Shown here one piece after another: positions 20,790 to 30,428 of a DNA stretch of 64,000 nucleotides. Source of the DNA: Chamaesiphon sp. (GTDB lineage: Bacteria > Cyanobacteriota > Cyanobacteriia > Cyanobacteriales > Chamaesiphonaceae); the NCBI GenBank assembly GCA_965246715.1, contig CBDFFH010000002.1, forward strand, positions 1 to 64,000, read 5' to 3'. The notes below the pieces were generated by a model. The model had not been told where the DNA came from and did not search any database. It was given only the letters and a program-made list of their open reading frames with translations. How positions within the stretch are numbered: position 1 is the first letter of the stretch; each line of letters opens with the position of its first letter. A program made the position numbers and the translations under genes.

Positions 20790-21065
20790 ATGACTGTCAA
20801 AGTTTTAATCCCTACTGCCCTGCAAAAATTTACCAGCGATTTAGCGACTATTGAGTGTGACGGTAATAGTATTGCTGAGTTGCTAAATGCCCTTGAAGCT
20901 AGTTGTCCTGGAGTCAAAGCCAGATTGTGTGATGAAAGCGGTCAACTACGGCGCTTTCTCAACCTGTATGTCAATGATGAAGATATTCGCTTCCTCAGTG
21001 GCACCGATACTCCACTCAAAGATGGCGACCAAGTGAGCATCGTTCCGGCTGTAGCTGGGGGCTAG
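20790..21065 (+). CDS. MoaD/ThiS/CysO-like sulfur carrier protein
   Basis: Ubiquitin-like size with C-terminal PAVAGG. Confidence 0.9.
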   Translation: MTVKVLIPTALQKFTSDLATIECDGNSIAELLNALEASCPGVKARLCDESGQLRRFLNLYVNDEDIRFLSGTDTPLKDGDQVSIVPAVAGG

Positions 21066-21100
21066 ACTCCGATCTAACATTTATTTTTTTAGCAAGTATG

Positions 21101-21142
21101 TTTTGCCGAGCGACTCAATTGGGTCGCTCGGCAAAATTTTTT
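21101..21142 (+). terminator. Intrinsic terminator
   Basis: TTTTGCCGAGCGAC-tcaattgg-GTCGCTCGGCAAAA followed by a T run. Confidence 0.8.
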
Positions 21143-21308
21143 AGCTCGATCGAATTACATCCTCGCTAATTTCCTAAATTACCTAGCAACTATTTGAGTA
21201 ATTATCCGTCCTAATACATAAGCAGACTAAAATGTCCAAAGTTGACGGTTTGACCGAAGTGAATGTGCGAGGCTCAGAAGTAAACCAACATTTGTGTGAG
21301 GCCCGAAG

Positions 21309-21782
21309 ATGTTTGAATTACTAAGCTACAAGAAATTCCGCGATACGCCGAGCGTCAGATTTTTTGATATTACGATCCCCGAATCAAATGTCCGAGATCT
21401 AGTAGTCCATCAAGGCCCCGCAATCAGTCCACCCAACAGTGATGATGGCTACTGGCAATTTTATCTGCACCCCCATCAAGAGGACAATCTGCTCGCCATC
21501 TCAGGCGGTAGGACTTTTTATTTGGTGAATTTCACCTGGAATTATCCCTACCATATCGTGCGGTTGGAAAGCGATCGGGAGATGCTGCGGATTCCCCCAG
21601 GCACATTCCATCGTTCTGTTTCCGATACCAACGGTTCGGTAGTGATGAATCAAGCGGTACGCGATCCTCAAGCCAGTGTAGCTAGCGAGTTTCGAGTTTA
21701 CAATAGTGGCATTATTCCTCGGTTGCTACGTGTGACATCCAAATCTGCACCGTTGCCGAAATTACATGGATTTCAATGGTGA
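21309..21782 (+). CDS. Cupin-fold hypothetical protein
   Basis: YLHPHQEDNL...GGRTF and LRIPPGTFHRS cupin-like motifs. Confidence 0.7.
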   Translation: MFELLSYKKFRDTPSVRFFDITIPESNVRDLVVHQGPAISPPNSDDGYWQFYLHPHQEDNLLAISGGRTFYLVNFTWNYPYHIVRLESDREMLRIPPGTFHRSVSDTNGSVVMNQAVRDPQASVASEFRVYNSGIIPRLLRVTSKSAPLPKLHGFQW

Positions 21783-21890
21783 TTGGCATAATCCTCGGCA
21801 GTAATCATCGATAAGGAAGAGAGCTAGCTAAATTTAAATAGCTCTCCTTTTTGGAAAATGCCTAAAATTAACATCCTCACATCTTGCACC

Positions 21891-21940
21891 AGCGGCTCGC
21901 AGCCGGGAGGCTCCCTCCCGGATTATGCGAGACAAGACAG
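21891..21940 (+). mobile_element. 50-bp structured element AG-CGG...ACAAGAC-AG
   Basis: Same length and ends as 59851-59900, with covarying stems. Confidence 0.6.
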
Positions 21941-22100
21941 TACATAAAAACCGATCGCTAAGCGCGCTAACAAGGCGGTCGAATAGTCGTAAAACTTACT
22001 CGCAATTACCAAAACTAACCACTAGCCACTAAAACACTAGTAACTTTGTTTTGATGCAAGAAGTGAGCATCCTCAAGTCATCGCCGATCGATCTTTGCTA

Positions 22101-23165
22101 ATGCGAAAAGCTGTGTGGTTGACGAATACCGACAGTCAAATTCTCCACTCTCGGCAAAATATTGCTGCGGGATTGCAGTGGCTGGCGGAGTTGGGATTCG
22201 ATACGATCTATCCCACAGTTTGGACTAGAGGATATACTCTCTACCCGAGTGAAGTTGCCAACCAAAGGACGGGAGCAGCCATCTTACCACATAGCCCATT
22301 TGGCGGACGCGATCTATTAATGGAGATCGTCGAGTTGGCCGCACCATTACAGATCCGCGTGATTCCCTGGTTTGAATACGGCTTGATGGTGCCGCCACAA
22401 TCTGCGATCGCCCTCAACCACCCAGAGTTACTGACGCTCGATGTGAAGGGAAATTTACACCGGGTTCAAGGTGCCGATGGGCGAGTAGATCCTCATGCTT
22501 GGTTGAATCCTTGTCATCCTGAAGTCGGGAGGTTTATCACTGAGCTGATTGCTGATGTCGTGCGCCGATATCCCGTTGCGGGCATTCAACTCGACGACCA
22601 TTTTTGCTTTCCTCAAGAACTGGGGTACGATCGATTTACGCAGCAGTTATTCCAAGAACATCATGGTGGAGCGAGTGCGCCATTAGATCGCGATCGTACG
22701 TGCTGGAGCGATTGGCGTACCGCACGGTTAACAGAATTATTAACCCAAATCGTGGGTGCGATCCGATCGGTGCGCCGCGATTGCCTGGTCTCGATTTCAC
22801 CAAATCCGCTGAATTTTTCGCGCACGCAGTATTTAGCTGATTGGCAGCAGTGGGCCGATCTATGCTTAATCGATGAATTGGTATTACAGGTTTATCGCGA
22901 TCGATTAGCTGCTTTTAAACTCGAACTTGCCAAACCAGAGATCAAAGCGATCCGTCAAAAAATCCCCACCTCGATCGGGATTTTAACTGGATTAAAAAAT
23001 AAACCGATCGCCACCGAACTTATTCAACAACAAATTAGCGCCATTATGGCCGATCGATTTGCTGGCGTTGCTTGTTTCTTTTATGAAACGCTCTTGCACG
23101 AACGACTGATGCCGACACCGATCGCCAGAAGCCCAGCACAGTTAGCAAATATTTTCCGGAGTTAA
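22101..23165 (+). CDS. Glycoside hydrolase-like family 10 (GHL10/DUF187) protein
   Basis: GYTLYPS, IPWFEYG, LNP.HPEV, GIQLDDHF, QVYR. Confidence 0.85.
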   Translation: MRKAVWLTNTDSQILHSRQNIAAGLQWLAELGFDTIYPTVWTRGYTLYPSEVANQRTGAAILPHSPFGGRDLLMEIVELAAPLQIRVIPWFEYGLMVPPQSAIALNHPELLTLDVKGNLHRVQGADGRVDPHAWLNPCHPEVGRFITELIADVVRRYPVAGIQLDDHFCFPQELGYDRFTQQLFQEHHGGASAPLDRDRTCWSDWRTARLTELLTQIVGAIRSVRRDCLVSISPNPLNFSRTQYLADWQQWADLCLIDELVLQVYRDRLAAFKLELAKPEIKAIRQKIPTSIGILTGLKNKPIATELIQQQISAIMADRFAGVACFFYETLLHERLMPTPIARSPAQLANIFRS

Positions 23166-23267
23166 TTAACTTTATTTAAGCAGACTGTTCTCAATAAAGC
23201 TTGCTTGTTGCAAATAGCTCTTAAGTCCGATAGGATAGTGAGTAATCATTAAATCTGGTTACTGGGT

Positions 23268-23720
23268 ATGTCATTCTATACAGCAGACTCCCTCAAAGCC
23301 GAGCTAAACGAACGGGGCTGGCGGCTCACACCCCAACGAGAAGTCATTCTCGATATCTTTCAAAACCTAGCCGCAGGCAAGCATCTAAGTGCAGAAGATC
23401 TGTTCGATCTGCTCCACACTGAGGGGCATGATATCAGCTTGTCTACGATTTATCGCACGGTCAAACTCATGGCGCGGATGGGGATTTTGCGCGAACTAGA
23501 ATTAGCTGAAGATCACAAGCATTATGAAATCAATCAGCCATATCATCACCACCACCACTTAATTTGCGTGCGCTGTAATGAAACGATCGAATTTAAAAAC
23601 GAATCAGTCTTAAAAATTGGCGATAAAACCTCTAAGAAAGAGGGCTATCATCTGCTCGACTGTCAATTAACTATTCACGCCATTTGTCCCGCGTGTCAGC
23701 GATCGATTATACCGGTCTAG
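23268..23720 (+). CDS. fur: Ferric uptake regulator
   Basis: RLTPQR, HLSAE, SLSTIYRT, HHHLIC..C, C-terminal CxxC. Confidence 0.92.
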   Translation: MSFYTADSLKAELNERGWRLTPQREVILDIFQNLAAGKHLSAEDLFDLLHTEGHDISLSTIYRTVKLMARMGILRELELAEDHKHYEINQPYHHHHHLICVRCNETIEFKNESVLKIGDKTSKKEGYHLLDCQLTIHAICPACQRSIIPV

Positions 23721-23775
23721 GGAATCAGTTGGCGGATAATCGATCTAGTTCGATTATTCTTTACCGAGGATTGTG

Positions 23776-23922
23776 ATGAAGTATTTCCCTTCGATCGTAT
23801 TGCTAGCGGCGACGATCTCGATCGTTACTTTTGCTAGTCAAGCATCTGCTGCCATCTTATCATTCACCACCAACCTCTTAGGCCCGAATGAGTCACCCGT
23901 AAATGCCTCAACCGGAACGGGG
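23776..23922 (+). pseudogene. 5' fragment of a secreted CHRD-domain-like gene, cut by the group II intron
   Basis: RBS GAGGA; MKYFPSIVLLAATISIVTFASQASA (signal peptide) + AILSFTTNLLGPNESPVNASTGTG resembles a CHRD start. No continuation in the window. Confidence 0.6.
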
Positions 23923-24775
23923 GTGCGATTCGTTTCTAACTGAATCACGGTAATCAGTCCGTACATAAGTTAGACAGCGCAAGGCTCCTAGCCCCAAGCT
24001 GAACTTCTCGATGTATGAAGGTGCAAGTCCTTCTCATTAAACTCAAGAGTGAATCCTTACCTGCCCACACCGACACGACTCGGAATTCGTGAGAGTGAAG
24101 CTGGGAACAGGGCGGAATCAGGTGCGGCTCGTTTCTTTGAAACATAACACTAGTTATGGGGATAAGATTCCTTACACCGCCTTAGTTTCAATTGAAACTT
24201 TAAAGAAAGTAAGGAAAACTTCAGTTTAGTGTAGGTGAGCCGAAAATACGAAGTAAGCAAGTCCTACCCTCTAGGGATGGAGTGATGCCAGACCTACCCA
24301 CATGGACAGAGAATAAAACTCTGAAAATGAAGCTGGGAATAGGACGGGAATAACGAAGCCATAAAGTCAAATGACAGGCTGATACCCGTTAGGTAAGCGT
24401 GTAACGGTTAAGTTAAGTCTGAACCTTCTAAAAAAGCATCCAAGGCCCCCTAATCGAAAGATTAGATAATCACACAAAATAATCCGATAAGGATGAATAT
24501 ACCCACAGAGTTTCTGGTTAACATCTGTAATCCTGGGAAATGGTGGGTGAATTGAAGGAACCTAAAACCGCAAAATAACTAAACTGAGGAACGAATAAAA
24601 CAGTTTCCAATACCTTCTTCTGAGAATCTAGGATATGCCCCTAGAAGAAGTGAAGCCCTTAAATAAGGTTTAGCGGGGGAAATTGGTAAGATGCGCTCGA
24701 AAATCTGAAAGGTAAGGACTTGAAGACAACTGGGCGCGGTTTACATAGACAGATTCTCAATGCGTAAATCATGTT

Positions 24776-25970
24776 ATGACGACGGAATTAAAACCGAGCG
24801 ATAAATGGAAAATAATCCCTTGGCGAAAGCTGAGAAAGATTGTCTTCATGTCACGATGTTCAAAAAGGGATATTCGACAACCTTGGAAAAAAAGGTATTG
24901 AGAAAAGAATCCTGGAACTGGACATCGAACGGTGTTTCAACGCTATCGACCACAAATTCATTATGCGAAGCGTTCAACTACCAAGAGCAGCAAAAACCGG
25001 ACTCTTCAGAGCTATCAAAGCCGGAGTTAGAGGAGAGTTCCCTATCTCAGAGTCAGGAACACCTCAAGGCGGGACTATCAGCCCCTTACTTGCCAATATC
25101 AGCCTACATGGTCTTGAAGATCTTGGACACCAAGTCAGATGTAAAAGTATCAGGGGTGGAAGAGGTATCGACGCAATAAACGGATTCCGTTATGCAGATG
25201 ACGTAGTGTTTATTCTCAAGCCCCAAGACGATGCTATAGCCTTGCGAGAAGTAATTGACCGATTCTTAGGAATAAGAGGGTTAAAAGTAAAAGAAGCAAA
25301 AACCAAATTAGTACAAAGTACAGAAAGTTTCGACTTCCTTGGATGGACATTTGCTGTCAGAACCAATGACAAATTTATTTCTACACCCAGTCGTAAATCT
25401 GCAAAGAAAGTAAAGGCAAAAGTCAAAGAGATGATGAAAGATAGTCGATTCAATCTTGAGGAAAGAATCGATAAATGCGGTTCTATTATTCGAGGATGGA
25501 GAAATTACCACAAATACTGCGACATGAGTAGTCATGACTTATGGTCATTAAGATTATGGGTATGGAAATTCATACGCAAGCAAGGCAGATACAATCGTCA
25601 CCAAACCAACAAGGTTATTGAACGAGCATTTCCCAAAATTTCATGGAAAGTAAATAGTCATATCAAAGTAAAAGGGGATAAATCACCTTTTGATGGAGAC
25701 ATGATTTACTGGTCAAAACGGGAAAACTCTAACTATAACGGGATGACTGTAAATCTTCTGAGCAAACAAAAACACAATTGTACTTCCTGTGGATTAAAGT
25801 TCTATCCTGGGGACATTGTAGAAATTCATCATAAAGACGGAAACCATATCAATTGGAAGCTGTCCAATCTTGAAGTTTTACATCGAGAATGTCACCAACA
25901 CCAAGCCATACACGGTGAAGTGGGAGTCAGAAAGGCAAGCAGCCCATTAAAGGGTGGTAAGGCTTGTTAA
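24776..25970 (+). pseudogene. Outer intron-encoded RT/maturase/HNH with a frameshifting internal deletion of RT0-RT2
   Basis: MTTELKPSDKWKIIPWRKLRKIVF jumps out of frame to SCHDVQK...LDIERCF...GTPQGGTISPLLAN...RYADD...HNH (EIHH.DGN...HRECH). Confidence 0.8.
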
Positions 25971-26005
25971 GTAAATGTGAACCAGGAGCGTAGTGAAGGG
26001 AAACT

Positions 26006-28437
26006 GTGCGCCGTGGTACGCACTGATTGAATTGCCAACTCAGTTGGCTGGAGTTCAGGGTAACTGACTCCAAGGCGAACAACTTACCTAAACCCGAAAG
26101 GGCAAGGGGACAAGAGCATGTTCGTAAAGCGGAGAATAACAGAAAACGTGTATGTTATGGCTCTGCAACGCCTGAACGATATGGTTAAAGCTAAACTGCC
26201 TGAACCCCAATATCCAGAGGTGGAACTGCACATCCTTCGGTATCACGTTTGTACACCGATGTCACTGGTAGCCATTAATTCAACTTTCGTTAATGGTACA
26301 CCCTGACCAGTGAGCAATAAGTAATGAACTTATTCAAGGATATGAGTAGGAACCTAAGTCGTTCTTTATACGTTCATCAGTGACGGAACATGGGATTGCC
26401 TAAGGGACGCGAGTCCTATGGTGACGGAGTTCTAATAGTAGTCGTGGGAGTAACGCCCCACCAGGGCAAACGGGAGAGCCGTTTACATGGCGAAGTAGAA
26501 CAGGTAATAAAGATGAAACAGAAATCGAGAGGTACGCGAGATGCGAACAGCCGAAACGATACTGAACATCATACGTGAACGCGGACAACGTGGGTTGCCA
26601 GTAGAAGATTTGTATCGACTGCTATATCACCCAGATTTGTACTTACGCGCCTACGCCAAGCTGAACAGCAACACAGGTGCAATGACACCCGGTGCTACAA
26701 AGGAAACGGTAGATGGAATGTCCCTGGAGAAAATTAATACCATCATTGAGGCTCTGAGATCTGAGCGTTATAGATGGACACCAGCGCGACGTACCTATAT
26801 CCCGAAGAAAAACGGTAAATTACGACCCCTTGGTATGCCCTCTTGGTCTGATAAATTACTTCAAGAAGTAATTCGTTCGATACTAGAAGCTTACTATGAA
26901 CCGCAATTTAGCGAACATTCTCACGGTTTCCGACCAAAGCGTGGATGTCACACAGCCTTGAAAGAAAATTACCCAAAAAGGTCGAGCTACAAAAGTGGTT
27001 TATCGAAGGAGATATTAGTGCGTGTTTTGACAGAATAGACCATACTATTCTGGTGGAAATACTACAAGATAAAATCCACGACAATCGCTTTATCCGACTA
27101 ATTAAGGGTTTGCTTGATGCAGGCTACTTGGAAAACTGGAAATACAACTCCACATATAGCGGAGTTCCGCAGGGTGCAGTGGTAAGCCCAATACTTTCCA
27201 ATTTGGTACTAGACAAACTGGACAAATACGTCGAATGCGAACTAATACCAGCATACACACGAGGTCTTAGAAGGATTGTTTACCCTCCGTACAGAGACTT
27301 AACTAAGGCTGCATCAATTGCCCGAAAAGCTGGAAAACTGGAAGCAGCACGGAAGCTGAACCAACAGGCACAGTCAATTCCGTCCCGTGACCCCAATGAC
27401 CCAAACTTTCGTCGCCTTTGGTACACAAGGTATGCCGATGATTTCTTGTTAGGAGTAGTTGGTTCAAAATCTGAAGCTGTGGAAATCAAACAGAAAATCG
27501 CCACGTTTTTTACGTGATGAGTTAAAACTGGAACTCAGTGATGAAAAGACCCTCATCAGCCATGCAAGGGATGAGGCTGCTAAATTCCTGGGGTACGAAA
27601 TTCACATCCTACATGCCGATGATAAACATGACCATCGTGGTCAAAGATGTATCAACGGTAGCGTGGGGCTAAGGGTGCCCAAAAGCGTTATTAAAGACCA
27701 TTGTCTTAAATACATGCGCTCTGGAAAACCAATACACCTGACACAAAGGGTCAACGATGATGCCTACAGCATAGTTAGCCAATATCAAGCGGAGTATCGA
27801 GGAGTAGTCCAATACTACCGTATGGCTTATAACCTCCACACGCTATCCTTACTTAAACGAGTTACAGAGCTTTCCCTCGTAAAAACTTTGGCAAAGAAGT
27901 TTAAAACCACTTGCCAGAAAATTTACAAGCGATATCGTGCAACCATTGATACAAAGGATGGCACTTATCGGGTGCTACAAGTAACAGTGGAACGTGATGG
28001 AAAATTACCTCTGAAAACTTATTTTGGTGGAGTTTCTTTGCAGTGGAACAAGTGGGTCGAAATTGATGATAATCAGGCAAATCATATCTGGAACGGACGT
28101 AGTGAAGTCGTTCAACGCCTTTTAGCCCAAGAATGTGAAATTTGTGGAGCAACGGACAATATTGAAGTCCATCATATTCGCAAATTAGCAGATATTAAGC
28201 AACAAGGATGCAAAGAACGTCCAGAATGGATGAAGAAAATGTCGGCACGTAGACGTAAAACTTTAGTAGTTTGCCGTCAATGCCACGAGAAAATTCAATA
28301 TGGTCGCTACGATGGTGAAGCCTTCAAACGTAAAAATTACCGGAAAGCTACGTGATACGGAAACGGTCATGCGTAGTTTGGAGGGGGGTGGTTGGAAAAA
28401 GTACCAGTAATGGTAACTCGCTGGCTACCTACCCTAC
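26006..28437 (+). mobile_element. Inner group II intron (ML/IIA-like) inserted in domain V of the outer intron
   Basis: 5' GTGCGCCG; DV 28345-28379; DVI with bulged A at 28431, 7 nt from the CCCTAC end; LtrA-like ORF. Confidence 0.9.
26541..28355 (+). pseudogene. LtrA-like RT/maturase/HNH with three +1 homopolymer frameshifts (possibly sequencing errors)
   Basis: AY..L.SN.GA.TPG, YIPKKNGKLRPLG, SHGFRPKRGCHTAL, EGDI..CFD, GVPQG, RYADD, CEICG...EVHH...CRQCH. Confidence 0.85.
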
Positions 28438-28494
28438 CGCACGCCCAGTTCTAACTGAGAGGGGCGGGGCTTAATAGCCTCCCTCGACTCAACC

Positions 28495-28884
28495 CTAGGT
28501 AAGGGACGGGTGCAGGCGCAGGCGATTCAGGAAGTGGCAGCTCTGCCAGCTCAACATCCGCAGCGGGATAATGTTTTGGATTTGTTGGGGAATTTGAAGG
28601 TAATTTTGGAAGCTAGAGTAACTATCGAACCGGAGGAGCAGGAATTAATTATGCAGTTATCACCTTTGTATTTGGAAAAAATTCAGGCGGCTGAGTTGGT
28701 TGGTGAAGAACGCGGGGAGACTAGAATGGTGCTGCGATTAGTGAATCGTCGTTTTGGTGGGGTGCCGACTCAACTTTCAACCCGAATCGCGCAGTTAAAT
28801 GTATCGCAGTTGGAAGATTTGGGTGAGGCGTTACTTGACTTTACAAATTTAGAGGATCTAGAGACATGGTTGAGTCAAAATTAA
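28495..28884 (+). pseudogene. 3' fragment of a DUF4351/Rpn-like (PD-(D/E)XK-associated) gene
   Basis: Begins LGKGRVQAQAIQEV right after the intron; ends RL..RRFG...QLEDLGEALLDF..LEDL..WL. Confidence 0.75.
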
Positions 28885-29500
28885 CGATCGAATGCCATCA
28901 ATAGCGATCGATTCAAGTAAAGACGATCGAATCATGTAATAGATGCGAGCGATCGAGCCAATAAATAGCGATCGCATTTACCGAAATCGATCGATCGTAA
29001 AATGAATTCAAACCCTTGCTCTGTCTAGATTTGAAGTGGTGGGCAATGCCCACCCTACTGGGACGACCTGAATCAAAATTGACGATCGATATTATCGATC
29101 GAGGATCGCTTTGCGATCGATTATTAATGTTCGGTCGCAGAATTAACGATCGAATCTCATCAGCCACGATCGATTCAAGTAAAGACGATCGAGTTAATTC
29201 ATCAAGTGCGAGAGAATAAGCCAAAGTTGTTGCTCCGCACAAGCTTGTCTGTGGGCATCTGCCCACCCTACAGCTGATGGCTACTTTATATCAGCAGATT
29301 TACTGAAAGCAAATTGACTAGTCGTTAGGGAGCATAGACTTAGAGGGTGCTGTGGTCGCTAGCATAGATTTGGTTGACGATTTTCCCGACGTTCGATCGT
29401 TTCGATCGGTCCGCGTTCGTCGATCGGGATTAGGATGGGATATAATTACGAATATGTCTCTGACAACATACTATCTAAAGACCCGATCGATCTAGCAACA

Positions 29501-29863
29501 ATGACATGGATAGTTCAGTTTGAGGAAGATTTTGAACGAGAGTTTGACAGTTTGCCGCCGGAAGTTCAAGATATCCTGTTAGCGAAAGCGGCATTTTTAG
29601 AGGAGTTTGGGCCAGACTTGGGACGACCTCATGTGGATATTCTGCAAGGGTCTGAGTATGCCAATATGAAAGAACTCAGGTTCAATGCGATGGATGGTGT
29701 CTGGAGAGTTGCCTTTGCTTTCGACCCGCTCCGTCGTGCAATGCTCTTAGTTGCAGCTGATAAGTCAGGTGTTAGTCAAAAACGATTTTACCAGCAGTTA
29801 ATTAAGAAGGCAGATCGTAGATTTACAGATCATCTCAATCGTTTACAAGAAGAGAAAAACTAA
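29501..29863 (+). CDS. Type II toxin, RelE/ParE superfamily (HigB/Gp49-like)
   Basis: GP.LGRPHVD.L.GS..NMKELR...WRVAFAFDP.R; TATAAT at 29441 and an imperfect TATGT...ACATA palindrome upstream. Confidence 0.85.
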   Translation: MTWIVQFEEDFEREFDSLPPEVQDILLAKAAFLEEFGPDLGRPHVDILQGSEYANMKELRFNAMDGVWRVAFAFDPLRRAMLLVAADKSGVSQKRFYQQLIKKADRRFTDHLNRLQEEKN

Positions 29864-30207
29864 TGGGAACTACACTTCGCGCTAAACTTCAGAGTTTACC
29901 CCCAGAAAGACAAGCTAAAATCCAGGCGATGGCTGACGATCTAATTGCTGAGGAGATGACTTTACGCGCTCTGCGCCAAGCTAGACAATTGACTCAGGTA
30001 CAGGTAGCTCAACGGCTAAATATCGGTCAGGATGCGGTTTCTCGGATGGAAAAACGCACGGATTTACATCTATCTACTTTGATGGAAGCAATTCGAGCGA
30101 TGGGTGGTGAGTTGCAGTTAGTAGTGAAGTTTCCAGATCGACCTTCTGTAAGATTATCTGGTTTTCAAGATTTAGGTGAAAGCTCTTTGGACTCGGTAAT
30201 TGAATAA
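29863..30207 (+). CDS. XRE-HTH antitoxin (HigA-like)
   Basis: LRQARQLTQ...VSRMEKRTD..LSTL...GGEL; start overlaps the toxin stop. Confidence 0.85.
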   Translation: MGTTLRAKLQSLPPERQAKIQAMADDLIAEEMTLRALRQARQLTQVQVAQRLNIGQDAVSRMEKRTDLHLSTLMEAIRAMGGELQLVVKFPDRPSVRLSGFQDLGESSLDSVIE

Positions 30208-30428
30208 GATATCACTCACTATACTCGATCGATCTAAATGATTACGCTCGCATGTAGCAATACCAGCGATCGAATGTCATCATACCCGTTCGCGTAGCGT
30301 ACCGGAGGTAATCGATCCAAATATCACGATCGAGTTCGATCGATCGTGATACTTGGGGCGAGATTGAGCCTTAATCCGAATTTATCGCTTCGGATAAGGT
30401 TGTCCGTGGGCACCTGCCCACCCTACGG

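Larger units (their letters stand above)
23923..28494 (+). mobile_element. Outer group II intron (CL/IIB-like), interrupted in domain V; 3' end at 28493 or 28494
   Basis: 5' GTGCGATTCG; RT-X-HNH ORF; DV 5' half 25984-26005; DV 3' half and DVI 28438-28494 (TGAGAGGGG...CCCTCGACTCAAC). Confidence 0.85.

Noticed and set aside
23170..23230. Fur boxes upstream of fur
   Set aside because: Only half-sites (TTCTCAAT, TTGCAAAT) match; plausible but not supportable by eye
24776..28355. RTs as retron, DGR or defence RTs
   Set aside because: Both have X and HNH domains and flanking GUGCG, DV and DVI ribozyme elements typical of group II introns
28881..29200. Possible CRISPR array or attC-like cassette array
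   Set aside because: Only the 6-bp CGATCG core recurs; no 25-40-bp repeats with unique spacers, and no cas or integrase gene
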